From positions 40,424,001-40,488,000 of the forward strand of contig OZ287748.1 of assembly GCA_965649765.1 (NCBI GenBank): 64,000 nucleotides of DNA, written 5' to 3'. Every line of letters starts with the position of its first letter. The first letter of the stretch is position 1. The notes beneath the pieces are model-generated. The model had not been told where the DNA came from. It did not search any database and saw only the letters and a list, made by a program, of their open reading frames with translations. The position numbers and the translations under genes are program-made. Shown in pieces: positions 12,208 through 34,200 of this stretch. Source of the stretch: Bispira polyomma (taxonomy: Eukaryota).

Positions 12208-15200
12208 AGTTGAAGTAACCGCTTTAGAGAGTCGAGTTGGCCTGCGCCATTTTGGGTATTATCGCTCACGAAAAACCAACATACCATTAAACACAATTGC
12301 TTGATCATTGACTTTTTACATTGAGAAACATTTGACTTGTGTTGCAATATCGTGAAATATGTGGATAATGAATAAATACCTCTGGGACGTTCACTGTTAT
12401 TTACACCGCTTTTACGGAGCTTTGGAGTGTGCCAACGTGACGTCGTAACTAAAACCAATGACGTCATAAAAAAAATCGAAGATGGGATACATACCACCAT
12501 TAGTTTTGGGGGGGGGGGGGGGTTTATCCGATTTTATGCTTCATCATACATGGGATTTTTAGTAGTACTTATGGTACCAGGTGTATTAATTTTGCCCAAT
12601 ACAATAAAAGGTGTAAAAGCATTCTTAACAGTCATGCATGTGTCTGACCCAAAATAAATTGAAACATTCTGACATTTTATTATTACAAGTGGAAAAGATT
12701 GACATTTTATTATTACAAGTGGAAAAGATTGCAAGTAAAACCAAATATAAAGCATGTTAGGCAGAAGGACTTTTTAAAAAAATTGAATAATTTGCCATTC
12801 AAATTTTGTGAAAACATCTGGCTCAAGGTCACAACAGTTTGGACTGAACGTATATGTAGAGTATGTTGCCCGAGTACTTCCAAAGTCTGTTAGAAATGTA
12901 ACTTCTGTTTCAGCTTAGATTTCTCATCTTAGAATCATAGTAATATAGATATATTATTCACGAAAATATGATCTTATAGTTTGTTTGCGAAACAGAATTT
13001 TTACATTTATGAAACGTTGCCGCATTGAATTTGTATATCTATAAAATGGCCAAAATCACAGTTAAATAGATGACTTTAATAGAGCTGGCTCTTCAAAAAT
13101 CTTAAACATATTCAATAAAATATAAATATTCAAAATTGTTCTACATGTTCATTGTTTTCTATAATTGATCTCAAAATTGGCCATATATTTTAGTACAAGA
13201 GCTAACCTGCAAAAGATCGTTGCTGTGCTAAGCTGTGACAGTTTTTCAGAAAAATATTAAAAAAGAAAGTTTTTAAGAAGTTTTGAATTGACTTGATAAA
13301 GCATAAAGTATATTCTTAAAGCATACTGAAAGTATGTCTCAAAAAGAATATCAGAACAGTGGATTAAAATTACTTAAGGGAAATAATTATTATGGAGTTG
13401 GTAGTAGTGTAGAAGTAGTGATAAGAAAAATATTCTTCATAGAAAGCTAAATTATGAGGAGGTGTTTGACATGTATATAGGTTGCAGCCTAATATTTGAC
13501 ACTGACATATTAATTTTAACAGTTCATTTAGATTCTGCTCAACTGTGTGAACCACTTATCAGACGGCGATTTTTTTGGGTGCACAAAAACTGTTGGTCAT
13601 CTTTGTCTGTAGAGAAGTTAGCCAACAGATAATCCACTCTCAGTACAGTAGATACACATATTCTTCTTGCCTATCACTGACACTGTAACTGATCACTGGA
13701 ATTTCAATTAAGGTAAATATCTTTTACGCCTTATTTAATCAGTCAAACCCTTGTAGAATCATCAAAAATTAATTACTATTCATAACATTTAATGTATACC
13801 AGGTTACACAGGATCATGTAATGGGGTTTTTCTGGTAACTTACGCCTAGTTGCTTGTATTTATTGTTGACAGTTATTAAGATCATTTTTATCATATTTTC
13901 TCATCAACATTACCACACTCTAGATCTGCTCACCATGTCATATCAAATTTACCATCCATTATCTTTTGCTGTAAAAGGTAGTTGCTTGAAAGCCAAAGTG
14001 ATCTTAACAATACAGGGCTCACACAATATAGATCAAATATGTGTAAATTTAAGATGTTGGATTGTAACAACAGAATTTCAAATGTTGTTAAAACTAATGT
14101 TTATACACTAGGTCACTAAATGTATAAAAAAATAATTCAAAATTACTAGCTGTCAGTTTTAAACACAGTTGTGTTTCATGTTTAGTCCAAATTTGAAGTT
14201 AAAAACTCTACCTTAAAGTAATTTTTTGCAGGAATGTAAAGGTCAAATCTATTACTATGCCAATAAATTAGGATTGGGAACATAATAAATTGTTAACATT
14301 TGCAAAGTTCATAATAGTAGTACAACACACCTAAAATAGATATTTAAAGAAAGGACAACTTTGTAATATGTGACAATTGTAATACGTAAGGTGCAACCAT
14401 ATTGCAAACACAAAAGATATCATTTGTGGTTATTATTAAACAACTGAAATCCTAAAATATACTGGAACGATATGTGCAAAAAAAAACAGTCAAGGAAAAG
14501 TTTGATATTTCTATTTATTAACAAAAATGAACAGGGGGAGACATGAACAATAACACAGCTTAACATAATTGATTAATACAGTGGCAAAATAACTATAAAC
14601 TCAAATCTGACATCACCTTTTATCTTTATAAACCTTTATTATATGTACTTTCCATCAGTGTATATTTGTTCTCTAAACATTGGACACATGGCAAGTACCT
14701 GACATACTTTTCCCACATGAAATGAGCTGATGAATTCAAATACATGTAATTGAAGAATGATAAATTGAAGTTAAAACTTTTTAATTGTACATAGTTATGA
14801 TTCCAGTAGTTAATGTCCCCTACTTCTTCATTTTCTGACAAAGTAATGAATCACCAACATGAGATATGCTCAGTCAATCGACAGTAGATACAACAGATTT
14901 TATACAAAGTACAATTTTCTACTAACTACGTTTCTTTCCTGGAAAAAAATCAAGTATTGACAAGACATAGGAATACATAAAACTTACTAACTTCATTATC
15001 AGTTTATAACACTTCTTTAATACAGACAGAAGTTCCTTTGATACATGATATTTAAGAAAACTGCTATATCACAAAGTCCAACTGTTTTTAAGTATGAAAG
15101 GCAAAAACAAGAGGGTCTATTTTGCATGTCCACCACTTCCTGAGCAAGCCTTAAAGGTTTGTATACCTACCTAACGAAGGCCCACAAAACACTGTTATGT

Positions 15201-17600
15201 GCTAAACATTTGACCACAGAAGGGTGCCAAAAAAACCTGATGCTGCTAAACTTCCTAACAAGGTCAACAAAAGTGCTAAATATGACATTCTTTTGACTCA
15301 TAGCCACTGCTATCAGATAGATTGTACCTGATGGACAATTCAACCATTTTCCTTTTTATTTCCAGTTTTCTTGGCACATCATTTGACAGAATTGTGTCTT
15401 TATATTATTTTCAAGTATGCTCAATACATTATTCAGTCATTTTCCCACTACAATCTTGGGAACATGAATAATATAATTACAAAAATTTATTATGCCAATC
15501 AAATCATTTTGCTGACACATATGTGGACTAACAAGAAACTTTAATGTCAGTGTAATCAGATTATATATGGAAAACTATGACCTATTCTTTATGTGGGCAC
15601 TGTTTCTTTCTATTTTTACACAATATGTACACTTCTAGATTTCTAATTCTAAAAAACAAGCAGTACCACCATGTTCAACTCTCATGCTGTGTGAGTTGTT
15701 TGCACATAATGTATTGCCATAGTACTAGACAAATGACAGATCAGGATGTATGTAGAATTTCATCAAAAAATCAGGTTAAGAACAGATTCGAACTCTTGGA
15801 TTAAATGTTAGAATACAGCTTATATTATGGTTTGGCATAGATATTACTATTTTAATGACAATTTTTTTTTTAATCAACAACGAAGATGTTTTTTTTGGGA
15901 TTCTTTAAAAATATCAATAAATGGTGTACTCTTAGTCATGGATATATAGAAATTTTAAAATAGTAGACGGTCAGTCAGAATTGCGGGCACATGTTTATCA
16001 TGTCAGAATAAATTGTGATATGATACCTTGTACTATTACCGGTACTTAAAATTAAAAGATGAATATATTGCAGGCTGCGCAGACAAAATCAACAACTTGA
16101 TGTTGCATACATCAAACTTAAATGAAGTACACTTTGATTACAATATTTTAAACAGTGTTTATTATTCTTGAGAATCATATATACACAAAGGTTCACTGTA
16201 ACTTATAAACCATACCAACAAGCTTTGACATTCCTTTTTTACAGGTTTTACAGTTATATGTATTTTGCAAAATCTTACAATATATTAACTAGTGTTTATT
16301 TCCTACCCAAGCGGTGCTTAATTTTCACGGATATGTATCCGGATTACTTTAGCAAACACCTCATCTGGTAAATTATGTAAACTATGGGGCCCAAAAAAGC
16401 CAAAAAAAATTTAAACTTTTTCAAGATAATACAGCCAATTTACAAAGTTATAAATAATAAAATGGCGTTCTAAACCATAAATAATATGTATAAATTGTTT
16501 TAATATTATATATGATTTTTTTATCTTGCATTCAAGGAATACTTGAACTCATTAATGAACTACCTTTGAAACTAAACAATGATTGATGCCAAACCTTATT
16601 CCGTCAAATTGACCATAAAATGCCATTCTGTTAAAAACATTTCGAGTTTTGATTAGTAAAGAAATTTTAAATAAGACTTTTACTGTTGTTTCACTATTTT
16701 AAGGTAGTGCATTAAATTCTGATATGGTCAAATCGATCGTCTTCGTAGATACATGCATGTTTAGACAATAAATCCTGTTTAATCGGATAATTAGTTCCAC
16801 AAAACTGGATTTGGGTAGCTGAACCACAGATAGACCCTGGATACCTGTGGAATATTACTATTATTAACAACATTAACTGCTCCTCTGTTATTTAAACTGT
16901 TTTTTTAAAGATCTTAACATCAGTTGAATTTAGTTCGGTTTAACATCAGTTGATAACATTTAAAAGCAAGTTATTTAAACAAAAATAAATATGAATGGTA
17001 AAGCTGTTCTAAATATGACTATGCAACTAAAAATTGCAATTGTATTTTAAAATAATGAACAAGCTTAAAAGTACTCTTATTTTCACTTAATATTAATGAC
17101 TATTTACTATTTGTATTATTAAATTATTGTATAAAAATGTTACAAATTTAATAAAAATAGATAAATAATGCACAAATGTTAGATATCTATAATAAGCTTG
17201 CTCATAATTGCACCTGATGCCAAAAAAATCAACAGGTGTTTCATGTGAAAATGATTTGACCACTACCACTACTGGGGCACACAAAACATCTTAGTCTTAA
17301 TTTGGGCCTAAAATGTTAAGATTTTGGTCTTCGTTCAGAAAACACCTCGGCTTAGTGTTAACTTTGCTCTTAACACTAAGACTAAAAGTGGACAGTCCTA
17401 ACTATTTTAGACATAAATGGTAAACTTAGGACTAAGTTAAGATTAAGACCTTTTGTGAATATGGCCTTATGATATCTGCTTGTTGGTGTTAGGATGCATG
17501 TGAACGTACCTTATAAATCTACTGTTTTTAGTCTGATATTTACAGTGGTGCACACATACATTAACATAACATTTACTTTAATGCTAGGTCTCTGTCATTG

Positions 17601-24995
<7,395 letters not shown>

Positions 24996-25199
24996 AACTC
25001 ATACAAGTTATTGCAGCTGCATAAGCGCAGCTAATGCGAAATGTATTGGATATTTGGAAATTGAATATCTAAAAAAAATGTTAATTTTTGGATAAACATT
25101 TCGTAATATTTACAACATTAGATCCGGTGTATACTAAATGGTGAAAGTGTGGAATATATCGAAAAGCTGGGCATACCGAAAAACTGTACCTTCTAAGGC

Positions 25200-25620
25200 T
25201 CGGAGCTCCCTTAGGAGGTCCCGGGAGGTAAAAATTGCCTAAAATTACCTAAATTGTGGGCAAAATCGCCTAGGGCTTGTAAGATAGCTGTAAAATCGTT
25301 CAGGGATGTGGGATGTGCTTGTAAAATTGCCTATAAGTCTGGGAGGTTGCTGTAAAATCGTTCAGGGTTTTGGGAGGTAACTGTAAAATCGCCTAGGGAT
25401 CTGGGAGGCAGTTTTAAAATAGTCTAGAAGTCTGAAAGATGGCTGTAAAATTGCCCAGGGATATGGGAGTTGGTTGTCAATATATAGCCTAGAATAAATA
25501 AATAATTATCATTTGATATAGGAAGTTATGGACATCACTGCTCAGAAGTCTGGGATGTAGTTGTAAGCCTAGAGGTCTGAAAGGTGGCTGTAAAACAACA
25601 TATAGGTCTGGAAGGTGGTC
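25200..25620. repeat. Degenerate ~30-bp minisatellite (GCTGTAAAATCGCCTAGGGATCTGGGAGG-like) upstream of the ATG5 start
   Basis: About a dozen imperfect copies are visible. Confidence 0.75.
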
Positions 25621-28297
25621 ATTCTGTTCTGTAGCCATTTAAAAATATTTTTTAATGTGGATCTAGTCAAAGAATATATACTGACTGCAAGACCCATACT
25701 TAGAAACATTCCTCCTCTAGCAGGACACAATTGATAAAACTGCTTAACCTTTCAAAAAGCTTTCAAAAGCAAATCAAGCATAATTTCAATAACTTAATCA
25801 TTCAAAACTACGACACCTCACAACCAGGGCTATGTTATGAGAAAAAAACCATTGTACCTTAATTGTCAGCTATGGTTAAGTGAAGGCTTAGTAGAATACA
25901 AATGGCTGTATTCAGTCTCTTTAGTTTAGTTTTAACGTAACATCACTTTCAACTTGTGTTGTGTTATCATGATGAGCACTTTATGCTGATGGAGAAAATC
26001 AGAAGAGGGAATTTGGTAAAGGTTTTGTGCATTGCATACCACTGGCAAACAGCAAGTCTGCTGCCAACATTCCAATACACACGCCATGGCCGGGATTTGA
26101 CACCACAATGGCAGTGCTGGAAGGTGAGTGTGCTGCCATTACACCACGAGGCTTATTCAGTCTGTTTAAAAACTCTTAATGCTCCTGATTGTACTAGTTC
26201 TAAGAATCAGTCCTACAGTGAAGATAAAGTAAATCCATTCCAAAGTGTAAAGAGAAAGTATATTCATTCCATAGTGATGGTACTGAGTGAAAGAAATACC
26301 TCAAAAATATAAGCAGTTTTTACATTCACTACTATCAAACAGGAGACAAATTAAACCCTTTTGACCATTATGTTGTCAGCAAACAGCATTTATCTCTCCC
26401 AAAAACATTATTTTAATTTCCTTCAGTTCTTCTCAATAGGAAATTGTTTGTACAGTAGAATTTTTTGTTTATACATGAGGCCATTTTTGAATGCCAGAAG
26501 TAGTTTTTGATGTGTGTTTCAGTGTCGGCATGCAGCTGACGGGAACCTAGCTATTGCTATTAGTTTTCTCTTGAGGTCCAAAGGGTTAAGGTATCATTCA
26601 CCATAGACACACATTTTATATTTTATAGAGAACTTTGCTCCTAAAAAGTTTTACGAGATTTCCTTATGCGTCTGTGCATAAAAACTTGCATGTAAAAACA
26701 GGTAATTTCCTACTCCTACTGTTAAAATCGCCCATATTTAACTGGTAAAGAGTGTCAATCACTATCAATCGATTGTTCCACATAATTCACTAGGCTCGAA
26801 CTCCAACCACTTGTTTATAACTGCTACAGCCATGGCCAGCAGAGCTGCCAAAAGAACGTCCAGGCCTCACACTCCAGCCCAAACTCACATGACTATATAC
26901 ATGTACAAGTTTGGAAATTTTATGCCAAATATATTGTGTTTTAGCATGATTTAACAATACCATAAATTTGCCAAACAGCATCGACGTCTACTTCTGTACG
27001 AAAAATTGAGTTAATCCTAAAAATTCTAACATAACATTTCATTTTTTCAGACGTTCGGGTATAGCCTTTAATGATAATGTCCCCATATACAACATCAAAA
27101 GAGCCATCAAAAGTTATTGACTTTGGTTTGAAATACATTATCTAGGACTATATATACATCTAGCCAGGAGGCTATATAATCAAGTAACCAATGCCACTAT
27201 ATATTTGGAGTTTTGTGGACATTATATGTATGCAACTCAGTTAAACTTGGACATATTGAAAACCTTGATTCATCCAAGTGGAAAATAAAAACACGCTCAT
27301 AATGTCAGATCGAGGTACTGATGTTCCGATATTTATTTATGTGGCCCATACACATCAAAGTATCAATAAAATGTATACACACTATAGTGTGGTTAAGAAG
27401 TACAGTGTAAATGAAGATTTATTTTACTGTTGGAGGTCGATCGAGTTGCATTTAGTACACATACGACATACACATGGGGTCATTTATATGCAATACGTTT
27501 GTATTTGAAGTATGCCTATGTCGTTTATTGCCCCCTTTAATGTCTATGGCAAATGTTTGTTGTGTTTCTGTGATAAATAATTATACTGAGACAGAGAACG
27601 ATAGTTTCTGTGATAAATAATTCTACTGAGACAGAGTATGATAGAATTCTGGGGAGTGTGTTATGAGACAGCAAATCAATACCTCAATATACTGGTAAAT
27701 GACTCCCTGAAAACAAGCTTTACCTGTACTGTGTAATTGAGTATTTTCAGCAGGGAGTATAAATACTGTAAGTGAAAAATATCAGTAAATGCATGTAACT
27801 ATAATGTTATACACGGATTACTCAAGTAAAGTGCATGCACGAAGTTTTCACATGAATAATTTGGATACTTAATATTTACGTTTACTTTCTTCAGTTATTA
27901 AGAAAGCAAAAAAATATATATGTAATACATAATATATAAAAATGACATCACACTAATAAATTCTGTATTTGCAACACAGGAATACTGCAATTTAAAATCA
28001 TCATTATAAAGCTTGCATTTGATATTGGAATAGTACAGGTAAAAATGTACTATTATTCCCCAGAACAGTTCAACATTTTGTGCAAAATGGGGAAACAAAA
28101 CTGTGTACAGCTACCATTTGCATTCTTAATATAAAAGTGACTGTTCTACACAATTAAAACTAAATAAAAGCTGACTGTTTCGTATAACAGAAGAAAGGAA
28201 TCTATTACATTGACCCCTTGTTTTCCAACAATTTGCTTGTCGGTCGAGGAAAACGTCCAAGAGACAATAACGTCCTCGTATAGTATAACTTCTTAGG

Positions 28298-31200
28298 ATG
28301 TCTGCAACTACTGGATGGAAAGCAAGGGCAACAAGGGTGTTGCCTAGTTACCGTGACCTGGTTTCAGATTACCTGGGCATGGCCCAGATCATCCTTGGAT
28401 TTGTAGTGCTCATCTTTAGTATAGTGGGCTTCACTGTTAAATCCTTCACAAGTGCAGCAAGCAGTGGTCTATTAACGGCTGTCTTTGTAAGTGTAAATCA
28501 TTTCTATACAGTACTGACTGGCTGGCAATTGTCACCCCTAAATATAAATGGCAATTTCATCACTAAAGATCCAATCATAGGCGGATCCAGATTCAGTTAA
28601 AATTTAAAAATTATTGTTTGCTGAAGCTCCAAAAATAATTTTACAATGTGTGGTCCAGACCTGGTTAACCCCCAAGGCCCACATCTGAGCTGAAAATTGT
28701 TTCATAGTGTGCGTATTTTATTCCAATAGTGAGTGACCTATGGTTATCTAACATTGATAAACAACTATAATACTATCATGGAATTATGAAATATGTGCTA
28801 GAGAAATAGGGGTGGATACTTTGGTTTAGCGTTCGCTACGCCGCCGCCGCAGAGAGATTTTGCCATTAACACTCTAAGTGGAAAACTAGACCAGCTAGCT
28901 TCACCAAATTTGCAGGATATCTCTCAAAATTATCTACCTTTTTCTACTTGCTGGCTCTCGTAATTAGAAGGTTGAATCTCTTCGTAGGTGATATGAATAA
29001 CAGATATATATGTCCTCTACAAGCAAGCAGACATTTGACCTTGAGGCTCTTTTATTCAAGGTCATCCGCAGAGTGCCAAACTACCCCACGTAGAGGATTT
29101 TAAAAGTGCCTATATCTCTCTTATTATTGGTCCTAGAGGTTTGGCATGTGAAGTCAACCTATAGGAAATCGTGGGCTCGGAATCTTCTGATGTGGTCAGG
29201 TTTAAAAATTGGGCCCTTCCTTCAAGGTCAAATGAGGATAACCAAACTTAAAAGTGCTTATAACTCGCTTATTATTGGTCCTAGAGGTTTGCAATGTGAA
29301 CCAACTTATAGGTAATCATGGGCTAGGACTCTTCTGATGTGGTCAGATTTGACCTTGGGACCCTCCTTCAAGGTCAGATGAGGGTAGTTAACTTAAAAGT
29401 GCTTATAACTCGCTTATTATTGGCTCTACAGTTTTGAGATGTGAAACCAACCTATAGGAAAGCATGGGCTGTGAGTCTTCTGATGTGGTCAGGTTTGACC
29501 TTGGACACCTCCTTCAAGGTCAAACGAGGATAGCCAACCTTAAAAGGGCTTATAACCCGTTTATTTTTGGTCCTACAGGTTTGTAATGTGAAACAAACTT
29601 ATAGGTAATCATGGGCTGGGAATCTTCTGATTTGGTCAGATTTGACCTTGGGCTCCTTCTTCAAGGTCAGATGAGGGTAGGCTAACTTAAAAGTGCTTAT
29701 AACTCTCTTTTTATTAGTTCTACAGTTTGGGATGTGAAACCAACCTATAGGAAACCATAGACTCGGAGTCTTTTGATGTGGTTAGGTTTGACCTTAGGCC
29801 CCTTCTTGAAGGTCAAATAAGGGGAGGCTAAATTTAAAAATGCTTATAACTCGCTTATTATTGGTGCTAGACATTTGGAATGTCAAACCAACCTAAGAAA
29901 ATCATGGTCGTAGAGGTTTGGGATGTGAGACCAACTACAGGAAATCATGGGCTGCTAATCTTTTGGTCACATTTCACCTTGTATCTCTTGTGCAAGGTGA
30001 AACGGGTACACCAAACTTTAAAGTGCCTATCACAGACTTATTATTGGTCCCACAGGTTTGCAATGTCAAACCCAATTGTGCCATTTAAGGCTTTAGCATA
30101 AATGCCCTATAGGAAATCATAGACTTCTAGCTTGGGTGCTAGCTAGAGTGCTTGCTACCGCGGGTGCTTTGTCTTTTTGGTAGATACAAATATGCATCGG
30201 TTCTCCGATGCGCTAGGTCTGGTTTTGCTATGACCATATAATTGCTAGACAAGCAGTATGTGGATATAGCAGCTACACTGAGTATGATAGTTTAACCAAT
30301 TTTTTTTTTATTTTTACAACACAATAAATAATGCTCCACCTCATGTGTTGTTGATATAACGTAAACAATTTATAATTCATCAAGCAATAAACTAGAAAAC
30401 TGATCAAAATGAGGCATCAATATCAGACTGGCCATATTGGGATGTGGTATATATAATCTAATGGCCTAGTCACACCTACACGTGTTCTCGTCCTGAAACG
30501 TGGCTGCTGAAAACGTAGTAGTTCCATGTCAAAGTGATGTAATTTTCATAAAAGGGGGAGTCCATTGTGAGGTTTTTGTGACATTTCGTGACGATTTTGG
30601 TACTTATAAACACGAAGCGGGGGCGAAAATTGAACACTTTACTGGAAGGATATCACTACCTACTACTAAGTAGAGCTACTTACGGCTGCGTTCTGCTACT
30701 TAATAAAATGCCTCATGACAAATACAGACAAGTGGAGACGATATCACTACTTACTGCTATGTTAAGCTACTTATACAGATGAGCGGAGACTTCCTTGAGA
30801 AACGAGAGCTCTGCCACGATTAGTTAAAATAGTTTGAAGTAATTATGGCAGTTGACTTAACAGAGACGTTTCTGGAACGATATCATCCGTTAAGCAACGT
30901 CACGATACAAAACACCAGGGATTCTCACTTTTGCATTACCTTCTACTGCGTTTATACAAGGTTTCAAAACAATTAAAAACGTCACACATATGTAGCTCCA
31001 ACACGTGTAGGTGTGACCTGGCTTTAAGTAATGTTATTGGCGTCCTCTGTCTAAAAAAACTGAAAAGTATAGTTCCAATGATTTGTAGTAACAAAACAAT
31101 TGTGTGTTTTAGTGATACAGTACATACAATTGCATTATTACTGGGTGTGTTATGCCAAAATCTTAGTTCGGTCAATGTATTCAAATTGTAATATACAAGC

Positions 31201-34200
31201 TGAGATTAGGAAAAACCTTGTATATTACAAAGAATGTAAAACCTCTTTTATCTGAACATGTTGGGAAACCAACAGTTTGTTTGGATGATAGAATTTCATA
31301 AAATAGAAGACACATTTTAGTAGAGGTATTTAAATGAGGGAGTGTGAAAGTTTGGTTCTACTGTTTGACCATGCTATATCAGTTAACAAAAGTATCAAAT
31401 TGTAGTGATTAAATAAAGTATGGTATTAATATTTCTAAGAGGCCTTAGAGTTACATAAAGAAGTAGTTTTTAAATTTTTTAATTCTTTCTCTTTAAGTTA
31501 CCAGACATGCTAGTTATCCTTGCTTTTGCTTTGTATATATTTCAGTTAGTTCCAGCTGGTATCTTTGGAGTTATAGCTGGGATTAAGAAGGAACTATGGG
31601 CAGTATGTACTTACATATTCAGTAAAACCTATTTTAATAAATGGCACTCTGATAACTATGTGAAATTCTCTTTAAATAAACACTAACTTGGTAATGCAGC
31701 AATCACACTGTCCATGTTCTCGGGACCGTTTGAGCCTTGTTCTAAGAACCTGTGTGAACTGGAGTGAACGTCTAATATGTAAATGTAAATGCCAGGTTTA
31801 TAGTCTGATATCACCTTTATTGAGGTCTCAGCTGACTTTACAGTTTACACCCCAGCCTGGGTTCTTTCACTTGTCAAGCAATTGTTCAGTCTTAGCTCCC
31901 TTAGGAAGCATACTAGCCGTGCTGCCATATACGGCGCACAAAGACTAACACCCATTAGCGGCCAGGTACCCATTTATACACCTGGGTAGAGAGGGACACC
32001 TTTGTGTAAAGTACCTTGTCCTAGGGTACAATCTCCAGGCCTGCAGGCGAGGATTGAAGCCTGGCTCTCAAGATACCTGAGATCTAAAGTCCAACACTCT
32101 AACCATTAGTCCACAGAGACCACCTTTATTAAATTCACCTTAATTAAAACATCTGGGCATAAACGGGTAAGATCAGCAAAAACGGGAGACAGAGCCGGAA
32201 ATTTTGAACATGTTCAAAACTTCCGTGGGTGGTTGGCTCTGAAAGCACATCTTGAGAGAACTGGAGTAAAGGGGTCTGGTCGGGGCATAAAAGGGTCATA
32301 TACGGATCTTAAACTACTCAGAACCTGTGTAAACCGGGTCTAAAATGCTTAGAACTGGCCAGAACTAGAGTAATTTGGTGTAATCTGGAGCAAACATTAC
32401 AAAAATGTGTTATGAACGGCTTAGATCTGGTCTGATCTGGGCGTAAATACGTCATATACTGGTGAGATCTTGTCAAAACTGGGCATATCCTGGGCATAAA
32501 CGGCGGATGCAAATTTATGCAAATGCAAATAAACATTTTCCCACCATTCTCACCTGACCAGCCAAGTTCTAATGGTCGGGAGTAAACTGGTATAAAGGTG
32601 GCGAGAACTTGGACGATGTGACTGCCACATAAGTTGTATGATCCCAATCTGACTCTTTACGATAGGATTTAATCTAGAGTAAGTAGAGAGCTATTTCTTC
32701 TGGATCAGTAGATTTCTACTTATCAGGGTTCAACTGAATCCGAATATGTCTGACACAGTTGAAATTATCTCATATATTTTCATAATAAACCTTAGATAAA
32801 AGCAAATAACTAACCACTATTGAATCTATTTTAAATCTCGAGGGACCAAAAGAAATACCTCTACTTAAGCATGATTTCTACTTAAGAGGTTAAATTTTAA
32901 AATACTTTTTTATGGGACCACATATTTCCCTTTAAATAATAAGGAAATTGACCTTACATAGAGTTCTACTTAAACAGAAGTTCAACTGTGTTCACTCATG
33001 GACTAGAATAATACTAAAAGGTGTCCTTGTCACATGCACAGCTTTGAAATAGAAACTTTTTCGGTCGTGTCTTCAATATATGACCTTGACTGACTAAACT
33101 GATGTAATCACGATGTTGCTGTGACGTGTATCAGTAGCAGAAGTCAAAATGTCAATTTTTTAAGTGAATGCTTGTTCATGTATTTGTAAATATAACGCTT
33201 GAGAAAGTAACGTTAGAATAATCGTTTCTGGAAGCTTTCCATCAATAGTAAAAAAACAGGGCCTGCTATACCTGCAATCACTTAACACACTTGCATATTA
33301 TTATTATAGACTTGCTCACTTATATTAAATTATATGTTTTGTTAACAGATGATTTGAGATCAAGAAGTTTTTCATGGCATTATGTTGAAAAGAGCTTTTA
33401 GGGGTCTTACCTCCCACCTCTGCAGTCATTGGTTTGATTCTCGGCCACTGCTTGTATGTGTAAAAATTTGCAGTAGACTTGCTGAAGGGTGGTGCTTTTT
33501 AGTTCTGAAATCCTGCCTAATTTCCACCACCAATAAACTGTCTGTCATGCTATAGCATACAGTAACTGAAAGTGATGTGTTAAACTGAATATAAATAAGT
33601 AAATTGGAACGGGTAGCATATTTAAAGTATACTTTGATGTTAAGAGTGTGATTTTTATTGCCTTTTTCAAACTGGTAGGACCTTCAACAATAGGATATTT
33701 TATACTGTGATTTTTATGGGGTTTTACAAAATATAGACTTATTGTTACTCATTGTATTTTAGGTGTCCTGTTACATGTTTATGATTGTCATCACTATGAT
33801 TCTCAATCTTGTGTTCTTCATATCATCCCTAACGGCTCTTGCCTACGAGTCTGGAAGAGAAGCACACACTAGTGAGGTAATTCTTGGCACTGGCTTCTAT
33901 AATCGGGCTCCCAGACATCCTCAGGACTGTCAATAATGTTAAAAGTAGGATTTAATAGTGGGTAAATTGTTTATCGATATCAACAATATTTATTGTTTTG
34001 GCTTTTGGTAGATATTTGGTGCTAATGTGAAATACAAATATATCAATGTTATAAATAACACATATGTCGTCACCTTTGGATAGCACTTGTACAACAATTT
34101 TGTGCAAATTGGGCAGGTTTTTTTGTTTATTTTTTTTTTGTTCATACATTATTCACACAGACAGTGAGCAAATACATGTAGACTCTACAATGACAAAAGA